From: a bacterium
GTDB lineage: Bacteria > Cyanobacteriota > Vampirovibrionia > Gastranaerophilales > JBAXKC01
Direction of reading: 5' to 3'
DNA: 32,948 bases
NCBI GenBank assembly: GCA_037137535.1
Contig: JBAXKC010000028.1
Span: 1-32,948 of the forward strand
A program made the position numbers and the translations under genes. Numbering within the stretch: position 1 is the first letter of the stretch; every line of letters begins with the position of its first letter. The notes under the pieces are model-generated. The model was not told where the DNA came from, searched no databases, and worked only from the letters and a program-made list of their open reading frames with translations. Positions 1-10,032 of this stretch are shown here, in pieces.

Positions 1-270
1 ATTGAAACAAAAGAAGTTAAAGCGCCTGTTAAAACAATAGCAGTTGCTGAAAAAATAGAACCTAACGTAAAAATTGAAACAAAAGAAGTTAAAGCGCCTG
101 TTAAAACAATAGCAGTTGCTGAAAAAACAGAACCTAACGTAAAAGTTGCAACAAAAGAAGTAAAAGCTCCTGCTAAAACAATCATAGTTACTAAAAAAAC
201 AGAAAATAATATAAAAGTTAAAACGAAAGAAATTAAAACTCCTGCGAAGGCAATTACGGTTGCTGAAAAT
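1..270 (+). repeat. 72-bp (24-aa) coding tandem repeat, about 3.7 copies visible
   Basis: 1-72 and 73-144 differ at one base (IETKEVKAPVKTIAVAEK[I/T]EPNVK). 145-216 and 217-270 are diverged copies. Confidence 0.95.
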
Positions 271-1794
271 GCAGCAACGATTCCTAATCAATCAACGATG
301 AGTCCTCAAGAAGAAGATTATATTCAAATGGCAGAAGTTTACTTTGATAGTAATGAATTTGATAAATCCATTGAGTATTTAGATACAACTATTTTATTAA
401 ATCCATCAAATTCAAAGGCTTATTATCTTTTAGCTCAAAACTATTTTGAATTAGATAATATGGAAAAAGCCAGGGAAAATATAATTAAAGCTATAAACTT
501 AATTCCAAATTCAAAAGAATTTTTAGATTATCAACAAAAAATTGATGGTAAAGATTCATCTTTAATTAATGACAAAGATAGAACGGTTTCTTATCAGGAT
601 GCTAATGATGCACCGTTAGATTCAGAATATTATAATAAAAAAGGTATTGAATATATTAAATATCAGGATTATGAAAAAGCAGAATCTTATTTTTTAAAAA
701 GCATTGAATTAAAGCAAGATTTTTATGAGGCTTATAATAATCTAGCCTATTTAAGTTTAAATGAAAAAAAATACACTCAAGCCGTTAAATATGCTGAAAA
801 TGCATTAAAGTTTAAGGCTGAATACCCTGAAGCCTTGTATAATATTGCATTTGCTTATAAACAAATGAATGATAATTCCAAAGCAATTACTTATTTAAAT
901 AAAACAATTGTAGCTGATCCTAAATTTGATAAAGCATATTATTTAAAAGCCTTAATTTATTTAAATGCTAAGGATAATAAAAAAGCTAAAGAAAATTTAT
1001 TAAATGCAGTAAAATACAATAATGACTTCTATGAAGCTAACTACAATTTAGCTGTTATATCAGCAAATGAAGCAAATATGAATGATGCAATTTTATACAT
1101 GGGCAATGCTTCAAAAAATGACAAAGATAATGGGCAAGCTAGCTTTTATCTAGGGCTTTTTTATGAGTCATTAAATGATAATGATTTAGCAAATAATGCT
1201 TTTCAATCAGCTGTAAACAAAAATTTTAAAGATGAAAATTTATTTATTCAATATGCAAACTCTTTAATGGCGTCTAATAATTATGAAAAAGCACTTGAAA
1301 TAGCTGATATTGGTTTAGGGAATAATAAAAGCAGCCATGAACTATACAATATTAAAGGTATGGCTTTAATTAATTTAAAAAATCTTGATTATGCGGTAGA
1401 TGCTTACAGAAAGGCTATTGAATTAAATGAAAAACGCCCAATATATCATTACAATTTAAGTCAATGCTCTTTATTAATGGAAAATCAGGGACTATCTTCA
1501 ACTGAGTTTCAAAAAGCTATCGCAATAAAGCCTGTTTATGTTCAAGATTATATTGATTTAACTTCTATTTATATTGATAGAGGAATGAAAGACTACGCAA
1601 TATCAACAACAAAAGACGGTCTAAAAACTTTTCCGAAAGATACTAAGCTAAATCTTATTCTTTCGCAGTTACTTGAGGATAATGCTCAATTAAAAGATGC
1701 GAAAATTCTTCTTAAAAATTATAATAAAATTAATGATTCTGCTCCCTTAAAAGCAAAACTTGAAGAGAAAATAAATTATTTAAATAGATTTTAA
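1..1794 (+). CDS. TPR-repeat protein, 5' end outside window; N-terminal 24-aa Lys/Val/Thr/Ala-rich tandem repeats
   Basis: Frame 1 is open from base 1 and in frame with the 298..1794 ORF. Many TPR motifs (e.g. AYYLLAQNYFELDNMEKARENIIKAINLIP, EALYNIAFAYKQMND). Confidence 0.9.
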   Translation: METKEVKAPVKTIAVAEKIEPNVKIETKEVKAPVKTIAVAEKTEPNVKVATKEVKAPAKTIIVTKKTENNIKVKTKEIKTPAKAITVAENAATIPNQSTMSPQEEDYIQMAEVYFDSNEFDKSIEYLDTTILLNPSNSKAYYLLAQNYFELDNMEKARENIIKAINLIPNSKEFLDYQQKIDGKDSSLINDKDRTVSYQDANDAPLDSEYYNKKGIEYIKYQDYEKAESYFLKSIELKQDFYEAYNNLAYLSLNEKKYTQAVKYAENALKFKAEYPEALYNIAFAYKQMNDNSKAITYLNKTIVADPKFDKAYYLKALIYLNAKDNKKAKENLLNAVKYNNDFYEANYNLAVISANEANMNDAILYMGNASKNDKDNGQASFYLGLFYESLNDNDLANNAFQSAVNKNFKDENLFIQYANSLMASNNYEKALEIADIGLGNNKSSHELYNIKGMALINLKNLDYAVDAYRKAIELNEKRPIYHYNLSQCSLLMENQGLSSTEFQKAIAIKPVYVQDYIDLTSIYIDRGMKDYAISTTKDGLKTFPKDTKLNLILSQLLEDNAQLKDAKILLKNYNKINDSAPLKAKLEEKINYLNRF

Positions 1795-1920
1795 AAAGTG
1801 AAAAAACTTCTAATATAGAGATATAAAAATTACATTATGTTACAATTTAGCAACTTTTAGCTTTTCTAGTTTTTATTAATATTAGAATGGTTTTACTGAC
1901 GGTTAAAGGAGCTGAATTTC

Positions 1921-2706
1921 ATGTCATCCATTAGTTTTAGAGGTAATTTACCAATAAATAATAATACCTTGCCTAATAATGGAGTTCAGAAAAAAAATGA
2001 AACTCTTAAAACTTATGGGCAACCTGAGCATGACACAGTTTCCTTTGGATCAGAAAAAAATAAAAATGTCGATAAAAAACAGGGATTTAATACAAAACTG
2101 GCACTTGCTGCAGCTGGGGCTTTAGCTCTAACTTTAGGCATTGTTTATGCAGTAAAAAATCACAAATCTCTAGATGAAGCTAAAGGTATAGCCAAAGCAG
2201 GTCTACAGACTGAACAAAAAGCAAAGACATCAATTGAATTATTTAAAGAAGCACTTGAAAAACTTGCTAAAACAGACGTAACGGCTGAAAATGTTGAGGA
2301 ATTAGTGAAACCACTACAATCTCAAATCAAACATGAGCTGCACTGCAGAACAAACTTTGATACTACAATAGCGGTTATTGAAGCCTATCAAAAAGCAGGT
2401 AAAAAAGAACAAGCTAATGAATTAGTACAAAAATCAACACAAGCTTGTTGTAAGCAATTAAAAGCAATTTTTGACAGTAACGCTAAAGGCAAGGCTATCG
2501 CTCGTATTGACGGTGATGACACAGCAAAAGCTATTGAATATCTTGCTAAATTAAGAAAATTAACAAATGATAATGAAATGGCAGACAAACTACTTCAATA
2601 TCACGAGAAATATTATTCGCCTAGTGAATCCAGAAGTGCTATTCATTTTACTGACGCTTATGAAAAAATTGTCAAACCATTAATGGAAACCTTTCAAAAA
2701 ACATAA
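1921..2706 (+). CDS. hypothetical protein with one hydrophobic segment
   Basis: 261-aa ORF with SD aaggag upstream. Low-complexity N-terminus with SISFRG and DTVSFG motifs, then LALAAAGALALTLGIVYAV and a helical C-terminus. Confidence 0.85.
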   Translation: MSSISFRGNLPINNNTLPNNGVQKKNETLKTYGQPEHDTVSFGSEKNKNVDKKQGFNTKLALAAAGALALTLGIVYAVKNHKSLDEAKGIAKAGLQTEQKAKTSIELFKEALEKLAKTDVTAENVEELVKPLQSQIKHELHCRTNFDTTIAVIEAYQKAGKKEQANELVQKSTQACCKQLKAIFDSNAKGKAIARIDGDDTAKAIEYLAKLRKLTNDNEMADKLLQYHEKYYSPSESRSAIHFTDAYEKIVKPLMETFQKT

Positions 2707-2804
2707 CAATAAATATCCCCAAACATTTTAGCCACTAAAGGTAATGTAATTCTCCATTTCTCAATATAAATTTAAAGTATCGGGGTAAAATGGGGAATTA
2801 TAAA

Positions 2805-2963
2805 ATGTCGAATGAAATAGAAAACATTCAAAAAATTTTGATAATGAAATCATTTAAAAAAGAATATTTCAAAACAAAACATAATCCTATAAAAGACGAT
2901 TTTGAAAAAGACGATTATAAAATTGATGACTATTTATACAAGTCAGAAGATTTTAGCTTCTGA
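2805..2963 (+). CDS. possible small hypothetical protein (52 aa)
   Basis: Below the ORF-track cutoff: MSNEIENIQKILIMKSFKKEYFKTKHNPIKDDFEKDDYKIDDYLYKSEDFSF, preceded by ggggaa. It converges on and overlaps the hydA end by 11 nt. Confidence 0.45.
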   Translation: MSNEIENIQKILIMKSFKKEYFKTKHNPIKDDFEKDDYKIDDYLYKSEDFSF

Positions 2964-4323
2964 AAAGATATTGCCCATTACCAGCATTTCCTTTAAAAGA
3001 GTTATTTTCAATGATTATTTCACCTTTTGAAATAACAATAATTGGCTTTCCTGTTATTTCTTCGCCCTCGTATATTGTATAGTCAACATTTTCGTGCAAT
3101 TTTTCTTTTGTAATAGTCCATTTAAAATCAGCATCCCAGATACAAATATCAGCATCATATCCAATTTTTATATCGCCTTTATTTTTTATTTTAAATATTT
3201 TCGCAGGATTTGTAAAATTAAGACGAACAAATTGTGTCAATGGCATTCTATTTTCTTTTACTAATTTTGAAAACATTAAAGGTAATCTTGTTTCAATACC
3301 AGGAACACCATTTGGAATTTTAGAAAAATCATTTATCCCCTTTTGCTTTTCTTTTTTAAAATTAAAAGGACAGTGGTCAGTTGCTATAACATCAATTTGA
3401 TTGCCTAAAGACGCCTGTAATAAATAATCCTTATTAAAACTTTCTCGCAATGGTGGAGACATAACATATTTCGCCCCACCAAAATTTTCTTCTTCATATT
3501 TTTCTTGAGAATACATTAAATATTGAGGACAAGTTTCAGCATAGGCATTAATTTCAGAATTTTTATATTTTTGAATTTCTTCAATAGCCGATTTAGTAGA
3601 CAAATGAACAAAATAAACATCTGAGCCTTTTAATGAAGCTGTATTTAAGACTTTTTGTACAGCTTCACACTCTAATTCAGGTGGTCTTGACAAAGCATGA
3701 TAAATAGGAGCTGTTTTATTTTCATTTATATATTTATTAACTAAATTATGAATTTCTTCGCCATTTTCAGCATGAATACAAACTAAAAGATTGTTTTGAG
3801 TAGCCGCTTCAAATAATTTTTCTAATTCCTCATCATTAAGCATTAATGAATTTTTATAGGCAAGAAAACATTTTATACTTGATATTCCTAATGTTTTAAG
3901 CTCTGCCAATTGGTTAATAGCACTTTCTACGGATGGTACAATTGCCATGTGGAAGCCATAATCAATTACTGACTTACTTTCCGCTTTTTGTTTCCATATA
4001 GAATAAGCCTCATTAAGTGATTGGTCTATTTTTGGAATTATATAATCAATAATAGAAGTAGTTCCACCAAAAGCAGCTGCAACAGTTCCACTATAAAAAT
4101 CATCTGTAGAAAAAGCCCCCATAAAAGGCATGTCTAAATGTGTATGAGCATCAATTCCACCGGGTAAAATTAACTTATTTTTTGCATCAATAACATGAAC
4201 GTCTTTTGATACTTCAAGTTCTTCTTTAGAGATTTTTTCAATAATTTTATCTTTTATTAATAAATTACCCTTGAAAACTTCTTCTGAGGTAACAATAGTT
4301 CCATTTTTTATGAGAATATCCAT
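2953..4323 (-). CDS. hydA: dihydropyrimidinase / D-hydantoinase
   Basis: PGGIDAHTHLD metal motif, GGTTSIID, IHAENG, SPPLR, TDHCPF, GVPGIETR. Confidence 0.92.
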   Translation of the reverse strand: MDILIKNGTIVTSEEVFKGNLLIKDKIIEKISKEELEVSKDVHVIDAKNKLILPGGIDAHTHLDMPFMGAFSTDDFYSGTVAAAFGGTTSIIDYIIPKIDQSLNEAYSIWKQKAESKSVIDYGFHMAIVPSVESAINQLAELKTLGISSIKCFLAYKNSLMLNDEELEKLFEAATQNNLLVCIHAENGEEIHNLVNKYINENKTAPIYHALSRPPELECEAVQKVLNTASLKGSDVYFVHLSTKSAIEEIQKYKNSEINAYAETCPQYLMYSQEKYEEENFGGAKYVMSPPLRESFNKDYLLQASLGNQIDVIATDHCPFNFKKEKQKGINDFSKIPNGVPGIETRLPLMFSKLVKENRMPLTQFVRLNFTNPAKIFKIKNKGDIKIGYDADICIWDADFKWTITKEKLHENVDYTIYEGEEITGKPIIVISKGEIIIENNSFKGNAGNGQYLFRS

Positions 4324-4361
4324 ACAATTTACCTTTTAGCTCACATCATCTCTTCTTCAAA

Positions 4362-4401
4362 AAAAGAGAGCTTAATTATAAATAATTTTCAGCTCTCTTT
4401 T
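4362..4401. terminator. inverted repeat, probable intrinsic terminator after nadC
   Basis: aaaagagagct ... agctctctttt stem flanked by A/T runs. Confidence 0.6.
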
Positions 4402-4426
4402 AAAATTATAACATTTGAATACTCCG

Positions 4427-5269
4427 TTAAATATCCAAACCAATATCTAAAATACCTGCCTTTGCGTGAATGGCACTTGTTGAAATATAATCTACACCAC
4501 TTGAAGCAACATCATTAACTGTTTGTATAGAAATATTTCCGCTTGCTTCTGTTACAGCTCTTTTATTGATAAAATTAACTGCCTCAGACATCTGCTCTAT
4601 TGTCATATTATCAAGCATAATAATGTCTACACCTGCCTCTAATGCTTCCTCTATCTGATGAAGGTTTTCAGTTTCAACTTCAATTTTTGCAGTATGCCCA
4701 AGTTTTTCTTTAACAAGTTTAACTGCTTTTTTAATACTTCCACCTGCAAGTGCTATATGATTATCTTTTATCATTACGCAATCATAGAGACCAAATCTAT
4801 GAGGCGATCCACCACCTGTTTTAACAGCATATTTTTCAAAAATTCTAAAATTCGGTGTTGTTTTTCTTGTATCGGTTATTTTAGTTTGGTAAGGAATAAT
4901 TGCTTGCTGATACTCATTTGTTAAAGTAGCAATTGCACTCATTCTCTGAATGAAATTCAAGGCAAGCCTTTCCCCTGTGAGAACAGCTCTTGCACAACCT
5001 TCAATTATTGCAATATCCTGCCCTTTGCAAACTTTTTCTCCATCATTAGCAATTATTTTGATGTTTATATATGGATCAAGCAAAGTAAAAACTCTAGTTG
5101 CAACATCAACTCCGCAAATAATACCTTCAACTCTTGAATTAATTTTTGCTATAAGCTTTTGATCGGATCTAACTATAGAATCAGTCGTAATATCACCATT
5201 CCCGACATCTTCTAAAAGTGCGCTTTCAATATATTTCTTTACTAAAAAATCATGAGCAAGGTATGACAT
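4427..5269 (-). CDS. nadC: nicotinate-nucleotide diphosphorylase (quinolinate phosphoribosyltransferase)
   Basis: EDVGNGDITT, DTRKTTP, HRFGLYDCVMIKDNH, EVE, IMLDN, EASG motifs. Confidence 0.96.
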   Translation of the reverse strand: MSYLAHDFLVKKYIESALLEDVGNGDITTDSIVRSDQKLIAKINSRVEGIICGVDVATRVFTLLDPYINIKIIANDGEKVCKGQDIAIIEGCARAVLTGERLALNFIQRMSAIATLTNEYQQAIIPYQTKITDTRKTTPNFRIFEKYAVKTGGGSPHRFGLYDCVMIKDNHIALAGGSIKKAVKLVKEKLGHTAKIEVETENLHQIEEALEAGVDIIMLDNMTIEQMSEAVNFINKRAVTEASGNISIQTVNDVASSGVDYISTSAIHAKAGILDIGLDI

Positions 5270-6869
5270 AATCGCTTAAACTCTCTCCTTTTCTGATACA
5301 GCTGTGATACGCCTGTTTAAACGTATTCGGACAATCTTCTCGATAATGTGCCCCTCTGCTTTCTTTTCTTGCAATGGCACATTTGACAATTATTTCTGCA
5401 ATTAACAACATATTTCTTAATTCATATTCAGCTAAAGAAGAACATTTTAATTCTTTATTAAACTCTTTATTAATATAGTAAATATCTTTTAATGCATTGG
5501 TTAATTTAGTTTCATTTCTTATAATTCCTGCATTATTCCACATTGTAGATTTAAGAAGATTGGTCAATTCTACAACCTTTTCACTATTTACTGACTCAGA
5601 TATTTCTTCATATTTATCTAAAATTGAAATACAAGTTTCATCTTCTATTTTATAAAAATCAGTTTTATTTTCAATTACTTTTTCCGCTAATGAATCGGCA
5701 AAAACGACACATTCAAGTAATGAGTTACTGGCAAGCCTATTTGCACCGTGAAGTTTTGTGCAGGCAGCCTCTCCGATGGCAAAAAGTCCATTTATATTGG
5801 TTTCACCGTTTAAATTGGTTTTTATACCGCCCATAAAATAATGAGCAGCGGGAGAAACAGGAATTCCATCTTTAAATGGATCAATTCCGTTATCTCTACA
5901 ATGATTTATTATAGTTGGAAATCTTTGCATTATTTTTTCATAAGGCATAAATGAAATATCTAATGTAACGTGATTACTTTGAGTTTTTTGCATTTCAAAG
6001 AATATCATCCTTGAGACTATATCTCTAGGGGCTAATTCGCCTTTTTCATCATAATTGGTTGCGAAATATTCACCGTATTTATTTTTAAGTTTAGCTCCTT
6101 CGCCTCGTACTGATTCAGAAATAAGAAATCTTGTTTCAGTATCTTCAAGAGCCAAAGCTGTAGGGTGGAATTGTATGAACTCCATATCCTCTAGGATAAC
6201 ATTATTTCTATACGCAAGAGCTATTCCGTCAGCGGTTGCAACCTTAGGATTTGTGGTATTACTGAATATTTGACCGATTCCGCCTGATGCGATAACCGTA
6301 AAAGGAGAGAAAACAGCAGAATATTCATTCTTATTTTCGTCAAGAATAATTGCACCGATACAATCGTCTGAATTATTTTTCAGCAAATCAACAGCTGATG
6401 TTCTTTCTAAAACAGTAATATTTGAGCTTTCAGTAACTCTTTGACATAAGGTTTGCTCAATAATTTTTCCCGTAGCATCACCACCTGCGTGTAAAATTCT
6501 TCTTACACTATGTGCAGCTTCAACAGTTAGAGCAATATTACCGTTTTCATCTTTGTCAAACGGTACACCAAAGTTAATTAAATCTTTTATAAGCTGATTA
6601 CTTTGTTGTGATACAAATTTTGCAACATCAATATCTGTAAGCCCGGCTCCGGCATTAATTGTGTCTTTAATGTGTAAATCAACGCTATCTTGAGGATTAT
6701 TCTCAATTACAGCAACTATTCCGCCTTGAGCATATCTTGTATTGCTTTCACCCAGCTGAGATTTAGTAACGATTAATACTTGTTTACCGTTCTCGGCTAT
6801 TTTAAGGGCTGCAAAAAGACCTGCTATGCCACTGCCTATTATTATTGTATCTGCAAAAAGTTTTCTCAT
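5250..6869 (-). CDS. nadB: L-aspartate oxidase
   Basis: GSGIAGL FAD motif, AQGGI, EAAHSVRRILH, QFHPT, ELAPRDIV, HYFMGG, HGANRLASNSLLE, ESRGAHYR. Overlaps nadC. Confidence 0.95.
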   Translation of the reverse strand: MRKLFADTIIIGSGIAGLFAALKIAENGKQVLIVTKSQLGESNTRYAQGGIVAVIENNPQDSVDLHIKDTINAGAGLTDIDVAKFVSQQSNQLIKDLINFGVPFDKDENGNIALTVEAAHSVRRILHAGGDATGKIIEQTLCQRVTESSNITVLERTSAVDLLKNNSDDCIGAIILDENKNEYSAVFSPFTVIASGGIGQIFSNTTNPKVATADGIALAYRNNVILEDMEFIQFHPTALALEDTETRFLISESVRGEGAKLKNKYGEYFATNYDEKGELAPRDIVSRMIFFEMQKTQSNHVTLDISFMPYEKIMQRFPTIINHCRDNGIDPFKDGIPVSPAAHYFMGGIKTNLNGETNINGLFAIGEAACTKLHGANRLASNSLLECVVFADSLAEKVIENKTDFYKIEDETCISILDKYEEISESVNSEKVVELTNLLKSTMWNNAGIIRNETKLTNALKDIYYINKEFNKELKCSSLAEYELRNMLLIAEIIVKCAIARKESRGAHYREDCPNTFKQAYHSCIRKGESLSDYVIPCS

Positions 6870-7072
6870 TGCTAAAATACTCTAAATAAAATTATAATTA
6901 CGTTATGGTAATACAAAAATGAAGTGTTTGTATAGATTGTGCAAAATTAGTTTATCAATCCTGTAATATATAAACAATCTAATTAAAATTAATTGCCTAA
7001 ATTTTAATATTTGTCTACTATATTTATTATAGATGTTTTTCGTTTGAAATAGTTTCAGAGGCAGGAAATATT

Positions 7073-8590
7073 ATGATTGAAGTTAAACCCAAAATTGATG
7101 AAATAAAGTCTTTAATAAACAACAGCGAAGATAAATATATATTTCCTGTCTGGCACGAAGTTTTTGCTGATTTAGAAACACCTGTATCTGCTTATCATAA
7201 AGTTTGTGGCGATAAACAATACAGTTACCTTTTAGAATCAGTCGAAGGAGCGGAAAATGTCGGACGCTATTCATTCATTGGCATTGACCCGTTATATATA
7301 TTAAAATCCGACAAAAATTCAGGTAAAATTTTTAACACCTCCACTAATGAAGTAATAGCAGAAGCAGAAAATCCTTATGAACTTTTAGACAACTTTTTAA
7401 AAAAGTATAAATTTGAAAATTTCGGCTTGAATTATTCATCAGGAGCCATCGGATATTTTGGCTATGACACTGTAAGACACATTGAACCTGTTTTAAAAAA
7501 ACAATATGACAATATTGAAGAATGTTCCAGCTTTCCTGAAGCATATTTTATGATTGCAGGCACAGTAATTGTTTTTGATCATGTGAAACACAAAATGTAT
7601 GTCATAAACAATGTTTTTGCTGATAAACACAGTAATGTAGAAGAATTATACAGGCAATCAATAGATAAAATTCAAGTAATACTGGATAAATTATCAAATG
7701 CTCATAATTTAAAGGCATTAAACATTAAAGAAACTGATAAAAAACCTGTCATTAAATCTAATTTTACTTATGACGAATGGGTTAAATCAGTAAAAAGTGC
7801 TAAAGAGCATATTTTAGCAGGTGATATTTTTCAAGTTGTTCTATCTCAGCGTTTTTGCGTAGAAAAAAGTCCTAAAATAGATAATTTGACAATTTATAGA
7901 GCTTTAAGAAGTATTAATCCTTCGCCGTATTTATATTTTCTTAACTTTGGAGATTTTCAGATAGTCGGCTCTTCCCCTGAAATTATGATTAAATGTTCAA
8001 CTGATAAAATTGCAAAAATGCGACCAATTGCAGGAACAAGAAAAAGAGGCATTAACGCTGAACATGATTTAGAACTCGAAGCAGACCTTTTAAACGACCA
8101 AAAAGAAGTTGCTGAACACGTTATGCTTGTAGACCTTGCAAGAAATGACCTCGGACGTGTATGCAAATATGGAACGGTAAAAGTAAAAAGGTTTATGAAA
8201 GTAGAAAAATATTCTCATGTTATGCATATAGTAAGTGATACTGAAGGAATATTAGACGATAAATTATCGTCGATAGACCTTGCAAAAGCTTGCTTTCCTG
8301 CGGGAACTCTATCAGGTGCGCCAAAAGTCAGAGCGATGCAACTTATATATGAACTTGAGAAATCAGCAAGAGGACCTTACGGTGGAAGTATAGGTCATTT
8401 TGGATTTAGCGGAGATGTAAATACGGCTATAACAATCAGAACAATGCTAATAAGAGGTAATAATGTTTATGTTCAAGCAGGTGCAGGAATTGTAGCCGAT
8501 TCTGATCCTGATATGGAATATAAAGAAACACAAAACAAAGCAGCAGCGTTAATTCAAGCGCTAGCATCTTTGGAGGCAAGTATTGACTGA
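7073..8590 (+). CDS. trpE: anthranilate synthase component I
   Basis: YLLES, GRYSFIG, GDIFQVVLSQ, NPSPY, RPIAGTR, EHVMLVDLARND, YSHVMH, GTLSGAPK, QAGAGIV. Confidence 0.92.
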   Translation: MIEVKPKIDEIKSLINNSEDKYIFPVWHEVFADLETPVSAYHKVCGDKQYSYLLESVEGAENVGRYSFIGIDPLYILKSDKNSGKIFNTSTNEVIAEAENPYELLDNFLKKYKFENFGLNYSSGAIGYFGYDTVRHIEPVLKKQYDNIEECSSFPEAYFMIAGTVIVFDHVKHKMYVINNVFADKHSNVEELYRQSIDKIQVILDKLSNAHNLKALNIKETDKKPVIKSNFTYDEWVKSVKSAKEHILAGDIFQVVLSQRFCVEKSPKIDNLTIYRALRSINPSPYLYFLNFGDFQIVGSSPEIMIKCSTDKIAKMRPIAGTRKRGINAEHDLELEADLLNDQKEVAEHVMLVDLARNDLGRVCKYGTVKVKRFMKVEKYSHVMHIVSDTEGILDDKLSSIDLAKACFPAGTLSGAPKVRAMQLIYELEKSARGPYGGSIGHFGFSGDVNTAITIRTMLIRGNNVYVQAGAGIVADSDPDMEYKETQNKAAALIQALASLEASID

Positions 8591-8990
8591 GCTTTTAATT
8601 CTATATCAAATGATATACGGTTTTATAAACCCTGCTGACCCCACAGGAGCAACAATGTATCCTTCAGGCGTAAAAGATTGCGACAGCGGCTTTATGCTAA
8701 ACCCTGAAAGTCCTTATCCTGTGGTTAAAATCAGTAACAAAATTTATGATGCTCAATCTAATCCTATTGAAGCAGGAATTTACCAGATTAGAATTTCTGG
8801 TGATGAAAAAAAAATGTTTTTTTATGAAGGTACAACCAAGAAAGCAGAATTTGATATAATAAAAGTAAACAAATTTACAACTGCAAAAATGATTTCAGTT
8901 ACTGAAACAGAGAGCGTAGATCCTTACAGTTTAATTATTTCGGTAAAAATTGCCGATAAAGAATATGTTGCGGTTGCTTATAAACAGTAA
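8583..8990 (+). CDS. hypothetical protein
   Basis: 135-aa ORF with a TTG start overlapping the trpE stop, co-directional. No motif recognised. Confidence 0.7.
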   Translation: MTELLILYQMIYGFINPADPTGATMYPSGVKDCDSGFMLNPESPYPVVKISNKIYDAQSNPIEAGIYQIRISGDEKKMFFYEGTTKKAEFDIIKVNKFTTAKMISVTETESVDPYSLIISVKIADKEYVAVAYKQ

Positions 8991-9087
8991 GGTTTAGTTT
9001 GGATTTTACAGCATTTTATTGTAAGATATAGGGCAATAAATAACTTAACAGGTTATTTGCGTAAATAATTTTTTAGGAGTACACGAG

Positions 9088-10032
9088 ATGGCAGAAGCTT
9101 GCGAAAGTAATAGTAAAAGTTTTGTATTTATGGATGGAGAGTATGTCCCTTCAACAGAGGCTAAAATCAGCGTCAGGGCTCATGCTTTTTTATATGGAAC
9201 TTCTGTCTTCGAAGGTATTAGAGCATACTGGAATGCCGAGCAAAAGCAGCTTTATATCTTTAGAATGCGTGAACATTATGAAAGATTAATGAAAAGCTGT
9301 AAAATTATGCATTTACCAATTCCATATACTGTTGATGAGCTTTGCGACATTACAGTTGAATTATTAAAGAAAAATGCACCTGAAACAGGTACATACATTA
9401 GACCAACAGCATATAAAGGTGCTGAACAGATTGGCCCTAAGCTAATTGACCCTAATAATAACTTTTTAGTATTTACTACACCTTTAGGCGATTATGTCGA
9501 TATTTCAAAAGGTTTAAGCGTTTGCGTTTCAAACTGGAGAAGAGTTGATGATAATGCAATTCCACCTAGAGCTAAAATTGGCGGTAGCTATGCTAATACC
9601 TCTTTAATCATTACTGATGCAATTAAAGCAGGGTTTGACGAAGCAATAGTTCTTTCTCACGCAGGTCAAGTTACTGAAGGAAGTGCAATGAACCTTTATT
9701 TAGTACAAGACGGCAAACTTATCACAACTCAAACAACTGATAACATACTAATGGGAATAACTAGAGATACCGTTAAAGAAATGGCACAACAAGAATTTGG
9801 ACTGGAAGTTATCGAAAGACCTATCAGCAGAACAGAACTTTATATTTCGGATGAAGCTTTCTTCTGCGGTACAGGGGCGCAAATCAGCCCAATTAGTAAA
9901 ATTGACAATAGACTTGTCGGTGATGGAAATATCGGACCGATAACAAAAAAATTACAAGACTTATACTTTGAAATTGTAAAAGGTGAAGTGGAACAATATA
10001 AAAAATGGTTAGTTCCTGTTTATGATAATTAA
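9088..10032 (+). CDS. ilvE: branched-chain amino acid aminotransferase
   Basis: HAFLYGTSVFEGIRAY, YIRP, AKIGGSY (PLP Lys), EGSAMN, GITR, FFCGTGA. SD aggag. Confidence 0.93.
   Translation: MAEACESNSKSFVFMDGEYVPSTEAKISVRAHAFLYGTSVFEGIRAYWNAEQKQLYIFRMREHYERLMKSCKIMHLPIPYTVDELCDITVELLKKNAPETGTYIRPTAYKGAEQIGPKLIDPNNNFLVFTTPLGDYVDISKGLSVCVSNWRRVDDNAIPPRAKIGGSYANTSLIITDAIKAGFDEAIVLSHAGQVTEGSAMNLYLVQDGKLITTQTTDNILMGITRDTVKEMAQQEFGLEVIERPISRTELYISDEAFFCGTGAQISPISKIDNRLVGDGNIGPITKKLQDLYFEIVKGEVEQYKKWLVPVYDN

Noticed and set aside
7073-10032. pabB + pabC instead of trpE + ilvE
   Set aside because: The LLES/NPSPY motifs and length fit TrpE, and the FEGIRAY/YIRP residues fit a branched-chain aminotransferase.
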